DNA of 39,215 nt from Acidobacteriota bacterium (GTDB lineage Bacteria; Acidobacteriota; Terriglobia; Terriglobales; Acidobacteriaceae). The stretch is taken from the NCBI GenBank assembly GCA_040389265.1, contig JAZKAG010000101.1:1-39215 (forward strand), in the 5' to 3' direction. How positions within the stretch are numbered: position 1 is the stretch's first letter; every line of letters begins with the position of its first letter. The notes beneath the pieces were generated by a model, which saw only the letters and a list, made by a program, of their open reading frames with translations, was not told the origin of the DNA and made no database searches. Position numbers and translations under genes: made by a program. Positions 1 through 7,822 of the stretch are shown here, one piece after another.

Positions 1-2919
1 TGGCGTGAATGGGAAACCCGACTGTAACGTCACGATCGAGTTTGCGACCCAGCCGCCGAAGAGTACGTTTTGAATTCCTGAAGCCTCTTTCAGGTACCGC
101 TTGCCGTATCCGAAAGGCAGATCGTAAGTCGCGCTGATGACGCCAAGGTTTCTCACGTCATACGTCGCGAGACCATGGTCTGCCCGCAGATCGAATGGGT
201 TCGACACCAGTCCAGGAGCGTTGCCGGCCGTAGTGGCATTCAGCGAGTCGCCATCGTCCAGTGCCTTCGACCACGTGTACACGCCGCGCAGCGCAAGCCC
301 GTTGCTGTAGCGGTGCGTTAAGTCCACCTGCAGCGCATTGTAAGAACTTGTCCCGACCGCAAACCATGCCCACGCTGCGCCCAGCGCCGGATTCGCGAGC
401 GGCGTTCCAGCGGGAATGTAATACGCGCCCGTCGGAATAGTTGCGCCCGCCAGCGGAACGGGAAAGTTGGCAGGGTAGTTGGCGGGGCACGGCGACCCTG
501 GACACACCGTCGGAGTCGGCTCGTTGTCGTCCAGACTCAGCATCTGATGATATCCGTGCGAACCAACATAACCCACTCGCAGAACCGTGTTCGCAGAGAG
601 CTCCTGTTCAATCCCCAGGCTATAGGAGATGAGAGTCGGCGTCTTCATGTCTGGCTGAACACCCGCAGGCAGAACCTTTGCCTTCGTGGGGACCGGCGAA
701 GTTGGCAAAGGAAGCTCTGACACCGGCAGTGCTGAAACGCCATACGTCGGATTGAACGGGGCGTTCTGGTCCATCCGATATCCGAGCGCATCCTGCAGAT
801 CGTTGTACATTCCGAACCCGGCCCGCAAAACCGTGCCGTAGCCGAACGGGCTCCACGCGATGCCGATGCGCGGCTGCGGAAGGAATTTCGCGTTGTTCAC
901 GGTGAAAGCGGAATTCGCAATTCTCGGCTGAGTCTGAATCACGTGATCCACGAATACAAAATTTGCCGCACGACCATGCGCTTCATTCCAGCCAGTCGTA
1001 AATTCATCGCGAAATCCCAGCGACACCGTCAACTTCGGCGTCACCCGAATCACATCCTGCGCATAGAGCGCACCTAGCCACGACCGCCAGTTCATTTCGG
1101 TCGGAGCTGGATCGTAGACGAAGTTTCCGACGGTTCCTGTAAGGAATTGCTGCAAGCCAGTAAACGTGGCTTGACCGAATTGGCTGAGTGCGAGTTCTTC
1201 GTTCGATTGGAGGCGCTGAAACCATCCGCCGAAAGTGAATTGATGACTTCCGTTGGTCCATGTGACGCGATCCTCGTAAGTGAACAGATTCCGCCTGACA
1301 TGCAGGTTGCTGCCATTGTTGCTTCCTGCAAGGCTCACCTGCGCCGCCGGATTCGACGCCGAGCTTCCGCCGACCACAACGGCGCCGACCGGATGGCTGT
1401 CCACAAATCCGGGCAGGTCCGCAGCCGGGGTTCCCGGTGAAGGCTCTCCGGTAAAGAAATAGCCAGCACGCGAAAATCCCAGGCGAGCTGTGTTCAGCAG
1501 GGTCGGCGTAAAGACATGAATCTCGTCGAGGCTCAGCACCTGCTCGCGCAAGCCTTCCAAATCGGTGCTGTATAGATTGCTACTGGTGGGCGTCACGTCC
1601 GCGCTGTCGTCGATGGTGTAGACAGAACTGAACGAATCGCTCTGGGAAAATGTGCGATCCAGCCGGACGGTGCCGAAATCGTCTCGAATAGTTTGCAGCG
1701 GATTGTTATACGCCACAGCGATACCGCCGTAGTCAGGAGCATTAGGAGTCTGCACCGGCCACAAGGCAAAGAGCGGCTCAACACCCGGCGCGAGCCCGAC
1801 ATCGACCAGGCCGGAGGGAGGGCACGGATTCGGCGCGGGCGTCACCAGCTTGCATGGCAAGAATCCTTGGCGCGCGTTGTTGTCAGGAACCAGATCCACG
1901 CCGGTCTGGTGCAGGTGTTGCCGAAACCCCTCATAGTTGCCGAAAAGAAACGTTTTGTTCCGTTGCACCGGTCCGCCCAGAGCCGCTCCAAACTGGTTGC
2001 GCTGGAACGGAGGCGCCGATCCCTGGTCAAAAAAGTTGGGAGAATCGAATGCATTGTTCCGCAGGAATTCATAGGCACTTCCATGCACTTGATTCGATCC
2101 TGAGCGAGTAACGATCAGGACCTGGGCTCCCGGTCTCTTTCCATATTCCGCTCCATAAGAATCGCGCAGAACATTGAATTCCCGAACCGCTTCGACGCCG
2201 AGCAATTGCTGGCTGACGCCGCCCGGCTGCATGTTGTTCTCTGCCGCGCCTGTAAATTCCACGCCGTTCATCAAGAACAAATTCTGTTGCGGCCGATTGC
2301 CGGAGACCGCAAAATTATTTCCTACTGTGGAGTTAGATACGCCGACTCCGCCAGTTTTCTCGGATGTAAAATTTACAATCCCGGGGTTCAGGGTCAGCAG
2401 TTCATCATAGCTGCGGCCGTTCAGGGGTAGATTCTGGATCTGTCTTTCCCCCACCAGACCTGAAATGTCACCTGTATTGACGTTCACAAGGGGAGCGTCT
2501 GCATGCACAACCACCTGTTGGCTGACGTCTCCCACGCGCAGACGGAAATCAATCGCCGCTGCCTGGTCGACCGCCAGGTGGATGCCGGTCCTGACCGCTT
2601 CTGTGAATCCGGCTTTTTTGACGCTGACCTCGTAATCGCCAACAGCCAAAGATAGAACCTGAAACCGGCCGCTTGTATTCGTGATGTCGCGGCGAACGGA
2701 TTCCGTGTTGATATTCCGTATCGTGACCGATGCGGAAGCAACGGCGGCGCCCGATGCGTCGGTGACCGTGCCTGACAATGATGCAGTCACCTGCGCAGCT
2801 CCCGAAGGCACATACACGACCGCCAGAATCAGGAGAGCGAAGGCCAAAGTGCTCCACGCGCGCAGAATTCGTTGTTTGCGACTCGACAAGTCCGGCGCAG
2901 CTGGCGAAAGAGTCTCCAT
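1..2919 (-). CDS. TonB-dependent receptor with N-terminal carboxypeptidase-regulatory-like domain (C-terminus lies beyond the window edge)
   Basis: The ORF track does not list it because there is no stop inside the window. The track has no minus-strand fragments in the frame of 2919, which fits one open frame from the ATG at 2919-2917 to base 1. My translation gives METLSPAAPDLSSRKQRILRAWSTLAFALLILAVVYVPSGAAQVTASLSGTVTDASGAAVASASVTIRNINTESVRRDITNTSGRFQVLSLAVGDYEVSVKKAGF..., a signal peptide followed by a CarboxypepD_reg-like fold. A plug-like region follows (...ERQIQNLPLNGRSYDELLTLNPG...). Barrel segments follow, e.g. YNALQVDLTHRYSNGLALRGVYTWSKALDD, which parallels YNSLQAQIRKRMTYGLEFNFNYTWSHFLDD in the TBDR at the other window end. 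Confidence 0.85.
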   Translation of the reverse strand, partial: METLSPAAPDLSSRKQRILRAWSTLAFALLILAVVYVPSGAAQVTASLSGTVTDASGAAVASASVTIRNINTESVRRDITNTSGRFQVLSLAVGDYEVSVKKAGFTEAVRTGIHLAVDQAAAIDFRLRVGDVSQQVVVHADAPLVNVNTGDISGLVGERQIQNLPLNGRSYDELLTLNPGIVNFTSEKTGGVGVSNSTVGNNFAVSGNRPQQNLFLMNGVEFTGAAENNMQPGGVSQQLLGVEAVREFNVLRDSYGAEYGKRPGAQVLIVTRSGSNQVHGSAYEFLRNNAFDSPNFFDQGSAPPFQRNQFGAALGGPVQRNKTFLFGNYEGFRQHLHQTGVDLVPDNNARQGFLPCKLVTPAPNPCPPSGLVDVGLAPGVEPLFALWPVQTPNAPDYGGIAVAYNNPLQTIRDDFGTVRLDRTFSQSDSFSSVYTIDDSADVTPTSSNLYSTDLEGLREQVLSLDEIHVFTPTLLNTARLGFSRAGYFFTGEPSPGTPAADLPGFVDSHPVGAVVVGGSSASNPAAQVSLAGSNNGSNLHVRRNLFTYEDRVTWTNGSHQFTFGGWFQRLQSNEELALSQFGQATFTGLQQFLTGTVGNFVYDPAPTEMNWRSWLGALYAQDVIRVTPKLTVSLGFRDEFTTGWNEAHGRAANFVFVDHVIQTQPRIANSAFTVNNAKFLPQPRIGIAWSPFGYGTVLRAGFGMYNDLQDALGYRMDQNAPFNPTYGVSALPVSELPLPTSPVPTKAKVLPAGVQPDMKTPTLISYSLGIEQELSANTVLRVGYVGSHGYHQMLSLDDNEPTPTVCPGSPCPANYPANFPVPLAGATIPTGAYYIPAGTPLANPALGAAWAWFAVGTSSYNALQVDLTHRYSNGLALRGVYTWSKALDDGDSLNATTAGNAPGLVSNPFDLRADHGLATYDVRNLGVISATYDLPFGYGKRYLKEASGIQNVLFGGWVANSIVTLQSGFPFTP

Positions 2920-3020
2920 TCCAGTTCTCCATTGACGGATCAGGATGAAAAGCAGTGTGTTGTGGGATTCAATAGGCGTGCAATGAACGATGAAACTATA
3001 CGATTTAATGTTGTAGAAAA

Positions 3021-3029
3021 ATTATAGCA
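3021..3029 (-). promoter_or_regulatory. Candidate extended -10 element (TGCTATAAT) for the TBDR gene
   Basis: The reverse complement of attatagca is TGCTATAAT. It lies in the only AT-rich patch of the 2920-3216 intergenic region, about 100 nt upstream of the ATG at 2919. There is no convincing -35, and promoter rules in this phylum are poorly known. Confidence 0.25.
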
Positions 3030-3216
3030 ATACGAGTTAGCACGATTCACCCCGGCACAACCCTTTGCGGGCATCGCGATTTTGGGCGTTGGATGACAAT
3101 GAAGGCGTTGTGCAGGACTCGGCGCAAGCCAGGTATTTCGGCGGCGTCGGCGGTTTCGGTTGTTCTGCGATGTTGCAGCTTTTGCCGTGGCTCGGCCGCA
3201 GGAAAGAGACGTCCGG

Positions 3217-4542
3217 TTACGAGTGCAGCGCGTCGTGAACGATGCGGCCTTCGCTGATGGTCATCTGGATGCGTCCGGGTAATTTGGCTCCGTCGAACGG
3301 AGAGTTCCTCGACTTCGATTTCGATTCACTCGCGCGAAATTGCCAATCGTCATTGGGCCGGAATAAAACGATATCCGCGAATGAACCCGTTGCCAGCGAT
3401 CCGCGATCTTTCAAACGCAACACCTGGGCCGGCTGACTGCTCAGCAGCGCCAATACCCGCATCAGCGGCATGCGATGCTGGCGATGTAGAACTAGCAGAG
3501 ACAAGCCCAGCGCTGTTTCCAGTCCGATGATGCCGTTGGGCGCTCGCTCAAATTCCTGTTCCTTTTCATGCAATGCGTGTGGAGCGTGGTCGGTGGCGAT
3601 GGCATCCACGGTTCCGTCCAGAATGCCGCTGATCAGGGCTGCACGATCTTCTTCGCTGCGCAGGGGCGGGTTCATTTTCGCATCGGTATTGTAGTCGCCG
3701 ATGGCCGTCTGCGTTAAAGCAAAATGATGCGGCGCCACTTCGCAGGTGACATGCAGCCCGCTGCGTTTTGCACGACGCACTGCCTCCAGCGCTTTTGCCG
3801 TTGAGAGGTGGGCCACATGAAGATGTGCGCGGCTGGAGGGATCGCCTTTGCGCATTCGCGACAGCAACTCAATATCGCGTTCTACTATGCCGCTTTCGGC
3901 ATCGACCGACATGCCACGCAATCCCAGACGAAATGAGAGAGCGCCGGCGTTCATGCTCGCTCCGTGCGTGATTCGTGTGTCTTCTGCATGCTGAATCACA
4001 GGCAGTCCGACGCGCGCCGCCTGCACCAGCGACTCAAACATGACGTTGTTTTCCAAGATCGGCTTGCCGTCATCCGATACGGCAACCGCACCAGCAGCCT
4101 GCAGTGCTTTGTAATCCGCAACCGCTTCGCCACGACTTCCCAGCGTGGCCGCGGCAATGGGAAATACACGCACAACAGCTTTGCGATCCGCGGCCTGCAT
4201 CCATCGCGTGGTCTCAGGCGAATCATTTATCGGCGATGTATTCGGCATCGCGCAGACGCTGGTAAATCCGCCCGCGGCCGCCGCCTGCGTTCCAGTTTCA
4301 ATCGTCTCTTTATAGGATTGGCCAGGTTCCCGCAGATGCACGTGGATGTCGACCAGTCCGGGCGCGACCACCATTCCGGTTGCATTGATGACAGTCGTCT
4401 TTTCCTTCTTGGCCAACGCGGTCAGCTTGCCGGGCATTTCCACTTCGGTGATGCGACCGTCGCGCACATACACGTCACGTCTCTCGTTCGTTCCAGTGGA
4501 AGGATCGACAACATGGCCGCCTTGAATCAACATTGCTGTCAT
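3217..4542 (-). CDS. pyrC: Dihydroorotase
   Basis: 441-aa ORF with DIHVHLREPGQ (HxH metal site), AMPNTSP and ATDHAPH motifs typical of amidohydrolase-type DHOase. Its start overlaps the pyrB stop by 4 nt (ATGA). Confidence 0.93.
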   Translation of the reverse strand: MTAMLIQGGHVVDPSTGTNERRDVYVRDGRITEVEMPGKLTALAKKEKTTVINATGMVVAPGLVDIHVHLREPGQSYKETIETGTQAAAAGGFTSVCAMPNTSPINDSPETTRWMQAADRKAVVRVFPIAAATLGSRGEAVADYKALQAAGAVAVSDDGKPILENNVMFESLVQAARVGLPVIQHAEDTRITHGASMNAGALSFRLGLRGMSVDAESGIVERDIELLSRMRKGDPSSRAHLHVAHLSTAKALEAVRRAKRSGLHVTCEVAPHHFALTQTAIGDYNTDAKMNPPLRSEEDRAALISGILDGTVDAIATDHAPHALHEKEQEFERAPNGIIGLETALGLSLLVLHRQHRMPLMRVLALLSSQPAQVLRLKDRGSLATGSFADIVLFRPNDDWQFRASESKSKSRNSPFDGAKLPGRIQMTISEGRIVHDALHS

Positions 4543-5771
4543 CGATTCTTACTCGATTGTTCATTTCTTTTGGGATGTGCATCCAGTGCGCGCGCCACCA
4601 GCGCCATGCGGATGATCGAGCCGTGATACACCTGCTCCGCAATCACCGAGTTCGGCCCATCTGTAATTTCGCTGGTGATTTCCAGTCCCCGAATCACCGG
4701 CCCCGGATGGAGAACGATCGCTTCCGGCGCCAACGTAGTCAGGCGCTGATTATGTAACTGATACTGTTCTATATAGTCTTCCAGGTCGATCTCGAGGCCA
4801 GCCAGCCGCTCTTTCTGGATGCGCAGCATCATCACAACGTTCGACTGCTGCAACGCGCGATCAAAATTCCGTTCGATCTCCACCCTGGGCCCAATGCCCG
4901 CTGCATAGCCCGGCAACAAGCTCTCCGGCCCGCAGAAAATAACCCGCGCACCCAGCCTGGGCAGCAGCAATGCGTTGGAGCGCGCCACGCGGCTGTGCAG
5001 GATGTCGCCGACAATCGTGACTGTAACTCCCTGCAATGTGCGTTCGTGGATCAAGTGATTTCGCTTGTTCGCGGCTCGCGCGCTTGCCGGCAGATGGGCC
5101 AGAATGGTTCGCAAATCCAGCAGCGCCTGGGAAGGATGTTCGTGGCTTCCATCGCCTGCATTCAAAACCGGCAAGCCGGTGTAGCGCGCCAGCACATAGG
5201 GCGCACCAGAATTTGGATGCCGCAGAATAATGCATTCCGCCCCCAGCGAGCGCAGCGTGATTCCCGTATCCTTGAGCGATTCACCTTTCTCAATGCTGGA
5301 AGATAACGAGCTCACCAGGGTCGTATCCGCGCCAAGAGATTTTGCTGCCAACTCGAATGAGGTTCGAGTGCGCGTGCTTGACTCGTAAAACAGCAGCGCC
5401 ACGCGGCGCTTGGAATAGCGTTGCGCACGGCGTTGCGCCGGCGTCGCTTCCATTTCCGCAGCTTCCGTCAGGATGCGAGCGACATCCTCCAGCGTGAAAT
5501 GGGTGACTGAGATGGATGAACCCGGATGGACATACCCCAGCGGAACAGTTGCGTGGAATTGCGGCACCGAAATTGTGTGCCGCGGTGCGATGCTCGGAGA
5601 AATTTCAAGAGGCAGAAGAGGACGTGTCGAAGAGGAATGGCTGTTGCCCGCTCCGTCGCCAGGGATCTTGGCAAGGGCCGCCTTTATATTCGTTTTCCTT
5701 GTCGCCGTCTTCCGTTTGATTGCCATACTTCCGTTCAACATCATCCGACTGCCGTGGCAAAAAGGAGCCAC
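4539..5771 (-). CDS. pyrB: Aspartate carbamoyltransferase catalytic subunit; the start codon is uncertain and the ORF carries about 80 non-canonical N-terminal codons
   Basis: Motifs FYESSTRTRTSFE (STRTR), HPSQALLD (HPxQ) and LHPGP are present. The canonical ATCase core begins near ...THFTLEDVARIL at residue ~90 of the ORF. The longest ORF starts at GTG 5771; alternative in-frame starts are ATG 5744, ATG 5726 and GTG 5567. Confidence 0.88.
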   Translation of the reverse strand: MAPFCHGSRMMLNGSMAIKRKTATRKTNIKAALAKIPGDGAGNSHSSSTRPLLPLEISPSIAPRHTISVPQFHATVPLGYVHPGSSISVTHFTLEDVARILTEAAEMEATPAQRRAQRYSKRRVALLFYESSTRTRTSFELAAKSLGADTTLVSSLSSSIEKGESLKDTGITLRSLGAECIILRHPNSGAPYVLARYTGLPVLNAGDGSHEHPSQALLDLRTILAHLPASARAANKRNHLIHERTLQGVTVTIVGDILHSRVARSNALLLPRLGARVIFCGPESLLPGYAAGIGPRVEIERNFDRALQQSNVVMMLRIQKERLAGLEIDLEDYIEQYQLHNQRLTTLAPEAIVLHPGPVIRGLEITSEITDGPNSVIAEQVYHGSIIRMALVARALDAHPKRNEQSSKNR

Positions 5772-5778
5772 GCAGGGT

Positions 5779-6363
5779 TCATCCGTCGACTCTTTCCATC
5801 AGCAGGACTTGCTCGTTGTCATCAATTTCATCCAGCTTCACTTCGATAATTTCACGGTCCGTGGTTTGGATGGTGCGGCCGACAAAGGTCGCCTCAATCG
5901 GCAATTCACGATGTCCGCGATCAACCAATGCCAACAATCTCACCCGTTTCGGCCGACCGTGATCAATCAGGGCATCCAGCGCGGCGCGCACTGTGCGTCC
6001 GGTATACAACACATCATCGACCAGCACAACATCGCGACCTGTCACGTCGAATTCGAGATCGCCCGGGTTTACCACGGGACGGGGTCCGCGGGTGGTCAGG
6101 TCATCGCGGTAGAAACTGATATCGAGAGTCCCCACATCGATTGGCTTATTCTCGATTGTCTCCAGCAATTTCGCCAGCCGCGTCGCCAGGGGAACACCAC
6201 GCCGGTGAATTCCGACCAGCATCAGATCGTCGGTTCCGTTATTCTTCTCGACGATTTCATGCGCCAGCCGCACCAGGGTGCGCTCAATCTCCGACGAAGA
6301 CATCAGGCGGGATTTTTCCCGCAGCAACGGGGTGGATTGCATCTCTTTGGCCGTCTTTTTCAT
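5779..6363 (-). CDS. pyrR: Bifunctional pyrimidine operon regulator / uracil phosphoribosyltransferase PyrR
   Basis: PRTase motif VVLVDDVLYTGRTVRAAL and the PyrR-like N-terminus ...SSSEIERTLVRLAHEIVEKN... are present. The track ORF reaches 6603, but that extension is basic and low-complexity and overlaps the opposing fasciclin gene. ATG 6363 (MKKTAKEMQ...) gives a normal ~194-aa PyrR; ATG 6342 is also possible. Confidence 0.85.
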   Translation of the reverse strand: MKKTAKEMQSTPLLREKSRLMSSSEIERTLVRLAHEIVEKNNGTDDLMLVGIHRRGVPLATRLAKLLETIENKPIDVGTLDISFYRDDLTTRGPRPVVNPGDLEFDVTGRDVVLVDDVLYTGRTVRAALDALIDHGRPKRVRLLALVDRGHRELPIEATFVGRTIQTTDREIIEVKLDEIDDNEQVLLMERVDG

Positions 6364-6461
6364 GTTCTTCGCTTGATCATACGAGCCCGGTTGGCGGCGC
6401 ACAAGCGCAACCGTCACTCGGCATAGGAAAAGTTTCCTGCGCCGCTTCCTATTGTAGAACT

Positions 6462-6520
6462 GCGGTGGATTCAGAGTTTCATCCGGGTCACGTCCACCGC
6501 GGCCTCTGGCTTGTACTAAG
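6462..6520 (-). promoter_or_regulatory. Candidate PyrR-responsive leader hairpin upstream of pyrR
   Basis: The minus-strand RNA reads GUACAAGCCAGAGGCC-GCGGUGGA-(23 nt)-UCCACCGC. This is a perfect 8-bp stem preceded by a CCAGAGG element that resembles the conserved UCCAGAGAGG core of PyrR-binding loops. No U-tract terminator follows. Confidence 0.25.
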
Positions 6521-6565
6521 CGATGCATCAACTGCGACGCATCCATTGAAAGCAACAAATCCTCA

Positions 6566-7120
6566 ATGAAGAAAAATTTGCTTACCCTCCTGGTGGCACT
6601 CACATTCGCCTGGTTCGGCCTTCACGCCAACCCGCAAAAGGATCCTATGGTCGGCGGAGCTGCCGTGTACCCGACGAAAAGCATCTTCGAAAACGCCGTC
6701 AATTCCAAGGATCACACCACCCTGGTCGCCGCCGTCAAAGCTGCCCGCCTGGTCGATACGATGGAAGGTCCCGGCCCATTCACCGTCTTCGCTCCCATCA
6801 ACGAGGCCTTTGCCGCGCTGCCTGCGAGCAGCGTCGACAACCTGCTGAAGCCGGAAAATAAACCAACGCTGGTGAAAATCCTTACCTACCATGTGGTGCC
6901 GGGAAGAATCATCACAGGGATCTGAAAAAAAATGATCAAGCAGGGTGGCGGCAAAGCTGAATTGAAGACGGTTCAGGGCGACACGCTGACCGTTTCCATG
7001 AAGGACGGCAAGTACACGCTTGGCGATGAGAAAGGCGGCATGGCGACGATTACCATTCCCAATGTCATCCAGTCCAATGGAGTGATTCAAGTTGTCAATG
7101 CCGTCTTGATACCAAACTGA
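6566..7120 (+). pseudogene. Fasciclin (FAS1) domain secreted protein interrupted by an in-frame TGA at 6923-6925 (halves 6566..6925 and 6926/6932..7120)
   Basis: Signal peptide MKKNLLTLLVALTFAWFGLHA, then FAS1 hallmarks DHTTLVAAVKAARLVDT, GPFTVFAPINEAFAALP and LTYHVVPG in the first ORF. The FAS1 C-terminal hallmark SNGVIQVVNAVLIP sits in the second ORF. Both ORFs are in the same frame, and neither half is a complete domain. Confidence 0.8.
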
Positions 7121-7149
7121 TTGACTGACTCTCTTGTGTACCATTGAAA

Positions 7150-7176
7150 GGGCGTCCCGACGCGGACGCCTTTTCT
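7150..7176 (+). terminator. Rho-independent terminator after the fasciclin gene
   Basis: GGCGTCC-cgacgc-GGACGCC forms a 7-bp GC-rich stem with a 6-nt loop, followed by TTTTCT. It lies 30 nt after the stop at 7118-7120. Confidence 0.7.
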
Positions 7177-7257
7177 GCATTCATGATTTTTTGTCCACCC
7201 GCTGAGCCGTCGGTGTACCATGCCAAATTATATTGATCGTTTTCGAGGGAGACTCAC

Positions 7258-7740
7258 GTGTTTGTTGTTAGTTTGAAGCGCACAATCTTCGCCATTTCAG
7301 CGCTTGGTTTTTTGATCCTGAGCGCGAGTTCCATGTCTGCAAAATCGGATGACTATCCGATGCGCCTGCAAGTGATTCACTCCCGGTGGCATGGCCGCCA
7401 CGGTTATGCCATCGGATATGGCCATGGCAATCTAATTACCAACCAACCTGGACAGCCTGCGAAGCAGGGCATGGATTTTGAATATTCATGCAGCACTCCG
7501 GTTCGCCACACATTCGCGCCGGATACGTATCCGGCACGGTACGGTAAGAACAATTTGGAAGTGGTCGTGCTGCTGCCGGAACTGGGCAGCGACAAGGAAC
7601 AGAAGTGCACCCTGAAGATCGAGATGAAGGATTTTGTATATCAGGGAGGGAAAGGCGGCACTCTGTGGTCGGTTCCTCTGGCAGGCGGTCAGCCGTCCCA
7701 GATTCAGGAAGATGGAGGCACCGGCGGCAATGATCAATAA
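7258..7740 (+). CDS. Hypothetical exported protein
   Basis: GTG start preceded by GAGGGAG 7 nt upstream. The N-terminus MFVVSLKRTIFAISALGFLILSASSMSA looks like a signal peptide. No family motif recognised. Confidence 0.6.
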   Translation: MFVVSLKRTIFAISALGFLILSASSMSAKSDDYPMRLQVIHSRWHGRHGYAIGYGHGNLITNQPGQPAKQGMDFEYSCSTPVRHTFAPDTYPARYGKNNLEVVVLLPELGSDKEQKCTLKIEMKDFVYQGGKGGTLWSVPLAGGQPSQIQEDGGTGGNDQ

Positions 7741-7822
7741 TCCATCGAGCGGGAACTGCCTGACCTGACCTCGACCCACTTGGCCTCAAACATTCCTGGC
7801 TGTATGTCGAGCGATCTTCACC

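Noticed and set aside
5779-6603. Full 274-aa version of the pyrR ORF
   Set aside because: The extra 80 N-terminal residues are basic junk (NRKRRRKLFLCRVT...) that overlaps the opposing fasciclin start. The internal ATG at 6363 gives a normal-length PyrR.
6923-6925. The in-frame TGA as a selenocysteine or programmed read-through codon
   Set aside because: There is no convincing SECIS-like hairpin in the ~40 nt downstream. FAS1 proteins are not known selenoproteins, the codon aligns with a non-catalytic surface position, and the two-homopolymer re-phasing explains it more simply.
6563-7180. 205-aa minus-strand ORF covering the whole fasciclin locus without interruption
   Set aside because: The translation has no recognisable features and is Arg/His/Gly-rich. 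The plus strand encodes textbook FAS1 motifs with a signal peptide and terminator, so this is an antisense shadow ORF.
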